Shown: piece by piece, positions 19,664 through 28,486 of the stretch
Layout: the number at the start of each line of letters is the position of its first letter
How positions within the stretch are numbered: position 1 is the first letter of the stretch
Assembly (NCBI GenBank): GCA_045106985.1
Contig: JBGCFQ010000033.1
Span: 15,206 to 79,205 of the forward strand
Length of the DNA stretch: 64,000 nt
Origin: Pseudomonadales bacterium
Lineage (GTDB): Bacteria > Pseudomonadota > Gammaproteobacteria > Pseudomonadales > JAUIET01
Reading direction: 5' to 3'
Notes under the pieces: model-generated
The model's database searches: none
What the model saw: the letters and a program-made list of their open reading frames with translations, nothing else
What the model was told of the DNA's origin: nothing
Made by a program: the position numbers and the translations under genes

Positions 19664-20779
19664 CTAGTTGCGGATCGATGGGCTTTCGACCATTTTGGAG
19701 CCTATAAATGATTGCCCATCCAGCTGTTCAGCAATGAAAGGTGGGATTTGCATGCCAAGGTGTTGGGCAATCGATGGCAGAATGTCAACGATGGCTGGAT
19801 TCTCAGTAAATCGTGGCTCAAGGTGCGAAGAGTTGCTTGCAATCCACGTTGTGCGTTCGCGAAGGCTCTGCCCGCCATGGCCTCTGCCGCTTTTTGAGTC
19901 TCGACCGTGGTCTGTTGTTACAACAATTAGCCAGTCTTCATTGTGTGCCCGGGTCCTGGCTTGAATGGCTTTCCAGATGGCGCCTACCTGATCGTCGGCA
20001 AGCTTAACCGCCGCATTTTGCCTTTGGCCATCACCAAAAACATGGCTTACATCGTCAGTGTATTGCAGGTATACCCATGATAGGTCTGGGCCTTCGGCCT
20101 CAACATAGCGGGCTGCCTCGGCAGCTACCAGCTCGTCAATGTCGCGGATGTAGCCTGACATCAAGTCGTGTGGAAATCGCTGTTTGTCGAGTTCAAAGCC
20201 GTCAAAGCCGTAGTCTATCTTCACTCCTCCTGCTTGCTCCAAGCCATCGCCCACGAGAATTGTTCGATTGTCTTGCCAGGTTGAGAACAGAGCGGTGCTT
20301 AATGGTGGCTGTTGCACTTTTGCGATTCGAAAAATGTCCCAGTACCGGTAGTTAACTTCTTTTGGGGAATTGGTATAGACATTGTGTTTATTTGCCCAGG
20401 TACCAGTGATCAAGCTTTGGTAGCCGACGGAAGAAACAGTAGGCGACTCGCTTTCTGTGCCAATCTTGCCACCAACGTAGGCCCTGGTGTAGCCACCTTC
20501 GCCAGCGATCGCGTCAATGTTAGGTGTTTGCGTGGCTTCGATTACATCAGCGGGTATACCGTCGATAATAATAAATAAGGCCTTCGGTGTTTGTTCAACT
20601 CGCGTAGGATGCTCGGCCGCTGTGGCGGCGATATAGCTGCTGCTAGCAAGAGCCAGGCATACTACTATGTACTCCTTGAGGCCAAGAGACCTGACTTTAT
20701 GAAACCCGAGTCGAAGAAAGCTGAGACGAAAATTAGTGTGCATAAGGTGTACCGACCGATCCTGTTGGCTATTACCCAT
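19664..20779 (-). CDS. alkaline phosphatase / nucleotide pyrophosphatase-phosphodiesterase family protein, secreted
   Basis: 'ALFIIIDGIPADV' and 'VVTTDHGRD' are metal-site motifs of the AlkP superfamily. The start may be the internal Met at 20743. Confidence 0.7.
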   Translation of the reverse strand: MGNSQQDRSVHLMHTNFRLSFLRLGFHKVRSLGLKEYIVVCLALASSSYIAATAAEHPTRVEQTPKALFIIIDGIPADVIEATQTPNIDAIAGEGGYTRAYVGGKIGTESESPTVSSVGYQSLITGTWANKHNVYTNSPKEVNYRYWDIFRIAKVQQPPLSTALFSTWQDNRTILVGDGLEQAGGVKIDYGFDGFELDKQRFPHDLMSGYIRDIDELVAAEAARYVEAEGPDLSWVYLQYTDDVSHVFGDGQRQNAAVKLADDQVGAIWKAIQARTRAHNEDWLIVVTTDHGRDSKSGRGHGGQSLRERTTWIASNSSHLEPRFTENPAIVDILPSIAQHLGMQIPPFIAEQLDGQSFIGSKMVESPSIRN

Positions 20780-20980
20780 TCTTGTAAAACAGTGTGCTTT
20801 GGCGTCAGAGCCTAACCGGCGCGCACAAGGAAGTCGAGCCGGATTATGAGCTGCGAGCTGGCACAGCGACAGAAAAAATTTGCTTAAGACCGCTGCTGTT
20901 TACAACAGAGTTAATTAGGTTTACGTATACTGGTTGATAAATACATCCCCAACGCTTACTACCACCTATCAGAGAGATCT

Positions 20981-21541
20981 GTGCTCGCCGTCCTGAAACG
21001 AATACTTGTATCGAGAACGTTAATAACCTTCGTTGGTTTTTGCGCTGTTGCCTTGATAATAACTACATGGGTAGATTCAATAGGTGGTTATGACACCTTG
21101 CGACAGCGTTATGGTTTGCTGGCACCCACTTTGTCTGTTTTAACTTTGGCAGTGTTCGCGGTAACCCCTTTCCCCTCTGACTTCATTAGCATTGCCAGTG
21201 GCGCTATGTACGGCTTTTGGCCTGGTGTATTGGTGAGCTGGATTGGTTGGTACCTTGCGGCCGTTGTTGAATTTACTATTGGTCGCAGAAGTAGGGCGGA
21301 TTTCCCTGTCGATGATTGGCTCACCAAACTACCGGCTTGGTTGCAGAGTGTTCCCGTTCACCATCCCGTTTTTCTTATTTGCTCCCGCTTTATCCCCTAC
21401 GCTGGCGGGCACATCGCCACCTTGATTCCGGGCGCTCTTGGTGTACACCCAGTGCGCTTTGCCTGGTGTGCTGCTATCTCCATCGTACCTCTGGCGCTTC
21501 TTATGGCTGGCATAGGCGCCGGCCTGCTATCACTCCTTTAA
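20981..21541 (+). CDS. TVP38/TMEM64 (DedA-related) family membrane protein
   Basis: 186 aa and multi-TM. 'PFPSDFISIASGAMYGFWPG...EFTIGRR' fits the SNARE-associated/TVP38 pattern. GTG start. Confidence 0.6.
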   Translation: MLAVLKRILVSRTLITFVGFCAVALIITTWVDSIGGYDTLRQRYGLLAPTLSVLTLAVFAVTPFPSDFISIASGAMYGFWPGVLVSWIGWYLAAVVEFTIGRRSRADFPVDDWLTKLPAWLQSVPVHHPVFLICSRFIPYAGGHIATLIPGALGVHPVRFAWCAAISIVPLALLMAGIGAGLLSLL

Positions 21542-22720
21542 GCGAAAGTAAATCTTACTGATCTTCGCAGCAAAGTCTTCAGCATCCAATTCAGTGCTGT
21601 TGCAAAAAACTATTGATGAAAATTGCTGCTTGGGAAAGCGCTCAAAGAAAGTATTCACCCCAAGCCAGCCGCCGCTGTGTCTAAAGGAACGCCTGCCTTT
21701 TTGCTCACTAATGAATTGACCATTCGCGTATAAAACGTCGTATTCTTTCTTATCTCTGTCACTATTAGGTGTGTTTAACCGCTGTATGATTTGCTCTGGG
21801 TTTTTGCCAATTTTTGGCTTAAGAAAGTTCTGGTCCCACTTGAACATATCGTCGATTGTTGTGTGTAGCCCACCATCGCCCACCCAGAACAAATTGGTCA
21901 TATCCGTAACATAACGATCATCCTCAGCTTGCCGATAGCCGCTGGCACGGTTCACCACTATCTCTGTTGGTAAATCACTAAAAAACGTTTGGTTCATACC
22001 AAGCGGTTTGAATATTCGCTTATCAGCGTATTGCCTGAGACTTTCTCCTGATACCTCCTCTACCAGCATCGACAGCAGAAAATAGGCCAAATTGCTGTAC
22101 TCCCACTTCTGATACGGTGGATGACGCAAAGGCACTTCTTTTACAACATTATAAAATTCTTCAATACTCAAGTAATCTTCATTTCCTAAGCGAAACGGGC
22201 CGCCCGCAACAGAACGAAGATTCAGTCCTGCGGATTCTGCATTATCCGGGTTTGAGATGAAGTCGTAGTCTGCCATTCCACTAAAATGGCCAAGCATAGA
22301 ATTGATGCTGATCTTAGTGCCGTAGTCCTTTAATTCAGGTAGATAGCTTCGAATATCTTCATCCAAAGTGAGCTTGCCTTCTTCGGCCAATAGCAACACT
22401 GACAATGCCGTAAACTGCTTCGACACGGACGCTATTCTGTGAACATTATTGCCATCGAGTGCTACGCTGAGCTCCAAATTAGCAAGCCCATAGCCTCGCT
22501 TATGAATTAGCTTGCCCTTCTCGATAACCCCTACAGAACAGCCTGGCGTATCAGGCCCTATTTTTTTGGAGAATAGTTCGTCTACGCGATCATTAAAATC
22601 CTTGCCGCTCGCAAAGGTGGATAGAAGGCATAACGCCAATGTAGGCAAAAGCCAAATAAAAATGGCCTCGTGCCTTATTCTATCGCTTTGTGGTGAATCG
22701 CTTGAGTTTTGTAAACGCAT
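21530..22720 (-). CDS. serine hydrolase of the beta-lactamase/class C fold
   Basis: 396 aa. It has the S-x-x-K motif 'ASVSKQF', 'YSNLAY' (Y-x-N) and an N-terminal hydrophobic signal. Confidence 0.8.
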   Translation of the reverse strand: MRLQNSSDSPQSDRIRHEAIFIWLLPTLALCLLSTFASGKDFNDRVDELFSKKIGPDTPGCSVGVIEKGKLIHKRGYGLANLELSVALDGNNVHRIASVSKQFTALSVLLLAEEGKLTLDEDIRSYLPELKDYGTKISINSMLGHFSGMADYDFISNPDNAESAGLNLRSVAGGPFRLGNEDYLSIEEFYNVVKEVPLRHPPYQKWEYSNLAYFLLSMLVEEVSGESLRQYADKRIFKPLGMNQTFFSDLPTEIVVNRASGYRQAEDDRYVTDMTNLFWVGDGGLHTTIDDMFKWDQNFLKPKIGKNPEQIIQRLNTPNSDRDKKEYDVLYANGQFISEQKGRRSFRHSGGWLGVNTFFERFPKQQFSSIVFCNSTELDAEDFAAKISKIYFRLKE

Positions 22721-23052
22721 ACTATCCGGTACCTTCCCGCGGGGTTTTGGACGGAGTTGAGCAATACAGTATTTGCAATAGGCGGCTTGTGCAATATCTT
22801 AAAATCACAGTGCAGAGGAAAGCTGATCTGCAGCAGCGAGTCTGATTTTTTCTTAGCAAAATTCGATAACATCGCGACGTGGCGAAGTTAGCATATCGAG
22901 GCAGGAAGTTTAGCCGCTGCTGCTTCCATCGTAACGGCCAGCATATGGCCCCTTTACTTTAGGACGACAGTAGGCGCTTACAGGTTCTTAGGTGGGATTG
23001 AAAAGTACAGCGTTTAAGCGCGTAAACTCAAGCCTGCAAGCTACAGCGAGCG

Positions 23053-23301
23053 CTATGGCTGAGATAGGCTATTAATACGATCAATGAACTCCCTACCTTG
23101 TTTGGTGATGCTGACGCGTCCAGACGCAGTATCGCGCTTAAGTACTTCGCAGCGTTCCAGCTTGGCCAGTTGCTCAGGCGTAGCGCCATCCGTGCTGCCG
23201 TGCTTGTCTATGCTGCTTAGCGCATCCCAGGCATTCACGTTCAGGTGCTTATGAAGCCCATTGGCTGGGTAGTGCTTGAGAGCGTTTTCGAGTAATAGCA
23301 T
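23053..23301 (-). CDS. small hypothetical protein, possibly winged-helix-like
   Basis: 82-aa ORF. The C-terminal 'EVLKRDTASGRVSITKQGREFI' resembles a wHTH wing. No other support. Confidence 0.3.
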   Translation of the reverse strand: MLLLENALKHYPANGLHKHLNVNAWDALSSIDKHGSTDGATPEQLAKLERCEVLKRDTASGRVSITKQGREFIDRINSLSQP

Positions 23302-23460
23302 AGCGGCGCAAAGTGACGGATAACTCTACAAGTTTAGTACGCTGCGCGATGGTTAATTAGTAATCAGACAGGCGGCACTCTAACTAACTGGCATAGCTCG
23401 ACTTATGCGGCCGCACTTAACCATTATCGGGCACTGGTCATCGTCTTCAACGTCCGGTTC

Positions 23461-23489
23461 TTGACAGAAAATTGAGGCTTAACTAGGTT
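23461..23489 (+). promoter_or_regulatory. candidate sigma70 promoter (TTGACA-17-TAGGTT) for the flippase gene
   Basis: Perfect -35 hexamer, 17-nt spacer and a TAnnnT -10. It would give a 5' leader of roughly 255 nt before the ATG at 23750. Confidence 0.25.
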
Positions 23490-23749
23490 TTATACGGCGC
23501 TCTAAAAACCCTTCGGCGAAGGTGTGTTGGGCGTGAAATACCCTGAAGCTAGCGACACCCGAGCACCAGAATTCGCAGCATGCGAATCATTCGTTTCCAC
23601 AGTTTTGAGCAGATACGGATGACCCCCATAAGCAACGCGCTGGCAGATCGAATCATTGACTGACGAACTTTATGCTTCTGATAAAAGGCGATACCGGATT
23701 TTTACATTACAGAGACAGGCTGCGTCTTTAGGCTCGGCGACCATCTCCC

Positions 23750-25213
23750 ATGTCAAATAAATTCCTTCAGAATGCCAGCTACTACAGCATCGCTTCCATA
23801 TTTACGGTTGTTGCTAGCCTAGTATCTTTTCCAATACTGACTCGCGTGTTTGAAGTTTCTGAATACGGCTTACTCGGGCTTGTTACCGCTACAGTGCCAA
23901 TGCTTGTGAGCATTGGTAAGATCGGCCTGCAGCACGCCAGCTTACGTCACTATGCCGAGATCAAATCCAAGACGTCAAAGTGGTCTCTTGATCAATTCTA
24001 TACAACGGTATATGGCTCGTTATTGCTGTCGGCGTTGTTAACTTTTGTGCTTTGGAATGTGGTAATTTACCTGTTCGGTATGGATGTTCTCGCCGACGAA
24101 TTGTTGTGTAGCCTGTTTGCAATCAGTAGCTATATTATTATTGTTAGAATACTTGAAAGCGTGATGATGAACATTCTTCGCGCAAAAGAGGAGGCGGGTA
24201 AGTACGCCTCTTACCTAATAGCAAAGCGTGCAGCCACTTTGCTCACTACGCTCTCAGTCTTGTTGCTCTACCAAGTAGACTTAGTGCTGTATATCATCAC
24301 GTTAACCGCGACGGAGTGTGCGGTTTTCCTGATCTACGCAAGCTTCCATGTACCTTTTGCATCGCTTCGCCCCAGGTTTTTTCAAACCAAATTACTGCTA
24401 AGTATGATGGCGTTCGGAATACCGCTATTCGGGCAGGAAATAGCCGGGGCCTTAATCACGCTTACCGACAGATACGTCATTAATTTCTACGTAAACGCGC
24501 AGCAGCTGGGCATTTATACGTCTGCTTATACCTTGGTTGATTACGCTCAAGGCATTATTACCACCGCTATAGTGGCTTCGGCATTACCCATATTTCTGCG
24601 CTTGCATTCAAATGAAGGTGAAGAATCTGCAAAGGCATTTATAGAGAATGCACTGCGAACCTATATTTGGGCCGCGGTGCCAATCGTCTTTCTCATAGCA
24701 AGTGCTGGTGAAGCAGCTATTGCCTTTCTCGCCGGTGAAAAGTACTCGCAGGGTGCGTCGGTTATGCCGTGGATTGCGGTTGGAATGGCCTTGCACGGCT
24801 CTTATGCAATTGTTTCTGCAGGGATATACCTTAGTAACAATACCTTGAAAATGTTCTACACGGTTGCAGTGATAGCCATTCTCAACCTTGTGCTTAACCT
24901 GATTTTTGTGCCGAAGTTCGGAATAACTGGTGCGGCTATAACCACGCTTGTTAGCTATTGCTGCAGCACAGTTGCCTATTATCAACTGAGCAAAAAGTAC
25001 ATGGACTTTCAGGTGCCGTGGCTATCCTTGCTGGCAGCCCTGGTGTCAGCTGTAGCAATGTTCTTTGCCTTAGAGTTATACGCTCCACAGAATACTCTTC
25101 TAGAGCTTGTGTACAAAGGAGCTGTGGGAATCACCTTGTATGCGGCTTTGCTGATTGTTTTTGATGCGCATGCACGCCAACGCGTGGGAGAGATTCTAAA
25201 ACGTTCTACATAA
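23750..25213 (+). CDS. MOP-superfamily polysaccharide/oligosaccharide flippase (Wzx-like)
   Basis: 487 aa, about 12-14 TM segments, with the composition and length of Wzx/'polysaccharide biosynthesis protein' families. No glycosyltransferases are nearby. Confidence 0.7.
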   Translation: MSNKFLQNASYYSIASIFTVVASLVSFPILTRVFEVSEYGLLGLVTATVPMLVSIGKIGLQHASLRHYAEIKSKTSKWSLDQFYTTVYGSLLLSALLTFVLWNVVIYLFGMDVLADELLCSLFAISSYIIIVRILESVMMNILRAKEEAGKYASYLIAKRAATLLTTLSVLLLYQVDLVLYIITLTATECAVFLIYASFHVPFASLRPRFFQTKLLLSMMAFGIPLFGQEIAGALITLTDRYVINFYVNAQQLGIYTSAYTLVDYAQGIITTAIVASALPIFLRLHSNEGEESAKAFIENALRTYIWAAVPIVFLIASAGEAAIAFLAGEKYSQGASVMPWIAVGMALHGSYAIVSAGIYLSNNTLKMFYTVAVIAILNLVLNLIFVPKFGITGAAITTLVSYCCSTVAYYQLSKKYMDFQVPWLSLLAALVSAVAMFFALELYAPQNTLLELVYKGAVGITLYAALLIVFDAHARQRVGEILKRST

Positions 25214-25356
25214 GAAAGTGTTAGGTGTTTAACGAAATACGAAGAAATATGGCCAAATCAGATGATTTTCTAAGGATAATTGGCAGCAAAACCTTACGGT
25301 CACTACGCTTATTACAATGAAGAGGATGTGATCGGTACGACTGGGGGGAAGTAGAA

Positions 25357-26346
25357 GTGAGCAAATTAGGCAGCATTCGAAGTGTTGGTGCAAGATCTAT
25401 TAAAAGTATAGTGAAAGCGGTAGCTCCGTCGGTACGACAGCTATATCGTTCTGAAAATGCGGCCTGGTTTGGAGGCTATGGGTCGCAGGAGCAAATGCTG
25501 GCCGACACCAGCCGAATGGATTTTTATGCTGGGGCAATCGCTCATCATGTGAATGCTGGAGATCGCGTTATCGATTTGGGCACAGGCACGGGTGTTCTGG
25601 CAGCATTCGCCTCACGTCAAGGCGCCTCAAAAGTCTACGCCTTAGATCATTCTGACATACTGGAAACAGCCATATTGTTGGGCAAGCACAATGCCCTGGA
25701 AAACATTGATTACGTTCAGGGGCATAGCTCCAAGTTTCAACTTGACGAGAAAGTTGATGTCATACTTCATGAGCAAATGGGCGAAGTGTTATTCGATGAA
25801 GATATGGTCTTCAATATTATTGACTTGAGAGACCGCCTGCTAAAGCCGGGTGGACTAATATTACCGGGTAATTTTGATTTATTCTGCGAGCCGGTGAAAA
25901 TAAAGGAAGATTCTCTCAGGCCTTTTATTTGGAATATGAATGTTCACGGTTTTGATTGCTCGCCTACCAAGCAGATGGTGCCTGGGGACCCCAGTTACTA
26001 CCATTACAAAACGCATCCCGAGGCGGTTGATTACTCACTCTGTTCGGAAACGCCTGTGCTGTCGGTTGACTTGCATACCATCAATGAAAGCACTCTTGCC
26101 AGCACTCTAGAGTTCACTCATACGGTAGAGCACGCGGGCAGAATGGATGGTTACGCTGTTTATTTTCGAACCAAGTCAGGAAATGATCTGGAACTGCACA
26201 CAGGTCCATTTGCGAAACCCAGGTGTAATTGTTGGACCGTTCGTATCCTTCGAACCGAGCCTGTTGAGTACAAACAAGGTGATGTCATTGAGGGCACGCT
26301 TTCCGCCGAACACTGGCCGGCGCTCAATACCTGGAAGTGGACCTAA
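25357..26346 (+). CDS. class I SAM-dependent methyltransferase with protein arginine N-methyltransferase (PRMT type I)-like core and C-terminal barrel
   Basis: 'VIDLGTGTGVLAAFASRQGASKVYALD' (motif I/post-I), 'VDVILHEQMGEVLFDEDMV' (double-E loop spacing), 'LLKPGGLILP' and 'NVHGFDCS' (compare eukaryotic 'NVYGFDMS'). GTG start after GGGGGGAAG. Confidence 0.7.
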   Translation: MSKLGSIRSVGARSIKSIVKAVAPSVRQLYRSENAAWFGGYGSQEQMLADTSRMDFYAGAIAHHVNAGDRVIDLGTGTGVLAAFASRQGASKVYALDHSDILETAILLGKHNALENIDYVQGHSSKFQLDEKVDVILHEQMGEVLFDEDMVFNIIDLRDRLLKPGGLILPGNFDLFCEPVKIKEDSLRPFIWNMNVHGFDCSPTKQMVPGDPSYYHYKTHPEAVDYSLCSETPVLSVDLHTINESTLASTLEFTHTVEHAGRMDGYAVYFRTKSGNDLELHTGPFAKPRCNCWTVRILRTEPVEYKQGDVIEGTLSAEHWPALNTWKWT

Positions 26347-26573
26347 AACCTCTGCTGCTTCACTGGAAGCTAGTACCTGCACAAACCTAATATATCGGCC
26401 TTTATTGGTCCAAGCTTAGACTTCTTCGGACCAGAGGGGCTCTCTAGAGGGCTCAGCCGTGATATGATTGACGCATCGCCAATCGCTTCCCCTGCTTTCT
26501 TGCCCCTGCTTTCCTGGATTCTAAGAAGAGTGCTAAGTAACTAAGCCTGTCGAGCACAAAATGAGGATTATCC

Positions 26574-26762
26574 GTGTCAAAAACTAAGCAAACAGAGAGC
26601 GAAATTCACGCAAAAGCGTTGGAAGATTTCTTCAAACGCGGCGGCAAGATTGAGCACATAGAGAATGGCAAGAGTGGCCAGACCTATAAAAGCGCCTCCC
26701 AGACTGTGACAAATACGCCAGCTGCCGCGACTCCAACCACGCCAGCCAAGAATACGCCTTAG
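26574..26762 (+). CDS. small (62 aa) protein, possibly related to the SutA core
   Basis: A strong SD (GAGGA, 6 nt before the GTG) and a strong terminator directly after. 'KALEDFFKRGGKIEHIE' recalls the SutA core helix as I remember it. The tail is T/P/A-rich. Confidence 0.45.
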   Translation: MSKTKQTESEIHAKALEDFFKRGGKIEHIENGKSGQTYKSASQTVTNTPAAATPTTPAKNTP

Positions 26763-26784
26763 GCGGTATTGCTCGCTGATGAAT

Positions 26785-26816
26785 GAAAAAAGGGGAGCTT
26801 AGGCTCCCTTTTTTGG
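26785..26816 (+). terminator. rho-independent, bidirectional-looking terminator
   Basis: A-run-GGGAGC-ttag-GCTCCC-T6, 23 nt after the stop at 26762. Confidence 0.75.
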
Positions 26817-27155
26817 TTCTTTGTTATGGTCAGAGTCTGGGCAGAAGCAGAATTTTAAAAAAAAAGAGTTGGAGTCTAAAATATCTCTCTTAAGTTTGGT
26901 GAGTCGATCGTGAGAGTAGGTCATACGCTCCGGACTGCGAGACATAGCTGTTACCAAGTGGCCCCGAGCAAGCGCTAATTTAACGGTTTCAAGCCCAATG
27001 CCCTTAGTTCCTCCAACTATTAAAAGTTGCGGTGCTGACGGTGCTGCTTTTTTAAGACTAGGAGCAGCTAGCCCGCTGCTTGATAAATCAACGTCACTGC
27101 TGCAAGCAGATAACATGGTCACGAAAAAAGCGAAAACCAAAAATTTTGATTTCAT
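26799..27155 (-). pseudogene. truncated NAD(P)-binding (NmrA/SDR-like) lipoprotein gene
   Basis: A lipobox signal ('MLSAC') plus only the first Rossmann segment ('LLIVGGTKGIGLETVKLALARGHLVTAMSRSPERM'). The reading frame then runs through a T9 tract into the terminator hairpin. Confidence 0.45.
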
Positions 27156-27485
27156 GGTGTAACTCTCCGTTGGTTGAGCGCCAGGAAGCTTTTGCGGTGT
27201 TAGTTCTAATTTAACTTGGCACTGTGTGGCATAGAGCTCAGGTTAGCTTCTGCGCATCTTGGACCTGTGTTTTCACAATCAGTCATCTCGGCAGCCACTG
27301 CTATCACAGCTAGCTTAGTTAAACCCAATAGTGACTACTAGCTATGGAGCTTACAATCGATGGGCCTCGGGGATTTCGAGAGTGCGATGGGTAGCGAAGT
27401 CGATAGTCGCTCTACTCAGACCCCGTAGTTAGCTAGATACGTTACAATTGTCATCTAAAGATGTAACGTTTAGGGAGAGACGTCG

Positions 27486-28391
27486 GTGACGCTAAGTAAA
27501 TTAAGAAGTGCCATTTACAGTCGAGTAGGATTCGCAGCCTTGTTAACGACATTCTGGCTCAGTGGCTGTGGCAGCGATGCAACAGAACCGTCAGCTGCAT
27601 CAGCAAACGACGTCATGCCGGCCCCAGGTGCGCAAAGCAGCACTGCTACTAGCGCAAAATTGTGGGAGGGCGAACCGGCAGGGTATGAGTCACAGGGCGA
27701 TCCAGCAAAAGATGATGCGGCCTTTTTGATCAGCTTGGGTCGCGTGTTGGCAGCGATCGGAAGAGCTGGCCACTACGATAAAGAAGAGGGAATGAGCAAC
27801 CCGTTTACCTCTGAAGTGCTAGCAGAGTATTCCGCGATAGACCCTGTTGTAAGCGGTAAATCCAGCGCCAACTTGTCGCTGCAGCCCTTATTGTCAGAAG
27901 TAGCCTCGCCCGCATCGTTCGTCACAATAATGGACGGCAGTTCGTCAAAGCGTATGGAACGCAATGCGATTCAAGTACAGCTAACAACATTGAAGGGGCG
28001 TATAGACGCGATAGTCACGGAGCGCTTCCCGTCAATCAAGTCATCGGCATTGGCTATGTCTGCTTTGCACCGCGAAGCGGGTGAATTACTAAAAACAGGA
28101 CTGTCAGCTGATGGGCAGGTAATAGACGTCACGCAATATCGAGATGCAAAAGAACTTATGGCCGCTGCCCTGCGCCTTCGTGTAAACAAGGTAAGTGTTT
28201 GTGATCGCAGCCGCGAAGCGATTGATCAATTGAAAGATCGCGGACCGTTGGGTGCGCTGTTAGACAGGCTGATTATTGTTTCTGAGCAGGGTACTTTGAA
28301 CAGCAATGCGGGAGAGGTCTTCGAAGCTGCGCAGATGCTGGAACAGCTCGGTGCAAGCTTGCCAGATGACGACAGCGACATCTGCTCATAG
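27486..28391 (+). CDS. hypothetical lipoprotein
   Basis: 301 aa. Lipobox 'FWLSGCGSD', an SD (GGGAGAGA) and a GTG start. I recognise no family. Confidence 0.55.
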   Translation: MTLSKLRSAIYSRVGFAALLTTFWLSGCGSDATEPSAASANDVMPAPGAQSSTATSAKLWEGEPAGYESQGDPAKDDAAFLISLGRVLAAIGRAGHYDKEEGMSNPFTSEVLAEYSAIDPVVSGKSSANLSLQPLLSEVASPASFVTIMDGSSSKRMERNAIQVQLTTLKGRIDAIVTERFPSIKSSALAMSALHREAGELLKTGLSADGQVIDVTQYRDAKELMAAALRLRVNKVSVCDRSREAIDQLKDRGPLGALLDRLIIVSEQGTLNSNAGEVFEAAQMLEQLGASLPDDDSDICS

Positions 28392-28486
28392 ATAGATGAT
28401 GCCCGAAATGCCTGGCGTGGCCATCTTTAGAGCGCCAAAGACCCACTTTCTGGCCCTTGCTTGAATAAAGAATTGTCTGATTTATT

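Noticed and set aside
27216-27232. TTGGCACTGTGTGGCAT, which looks sigma54-like
   Set aside because: The GC of the -12 element is one nucleotide too close to the GG of the -24 element, so the spacing does not fit the RpoN consensus.
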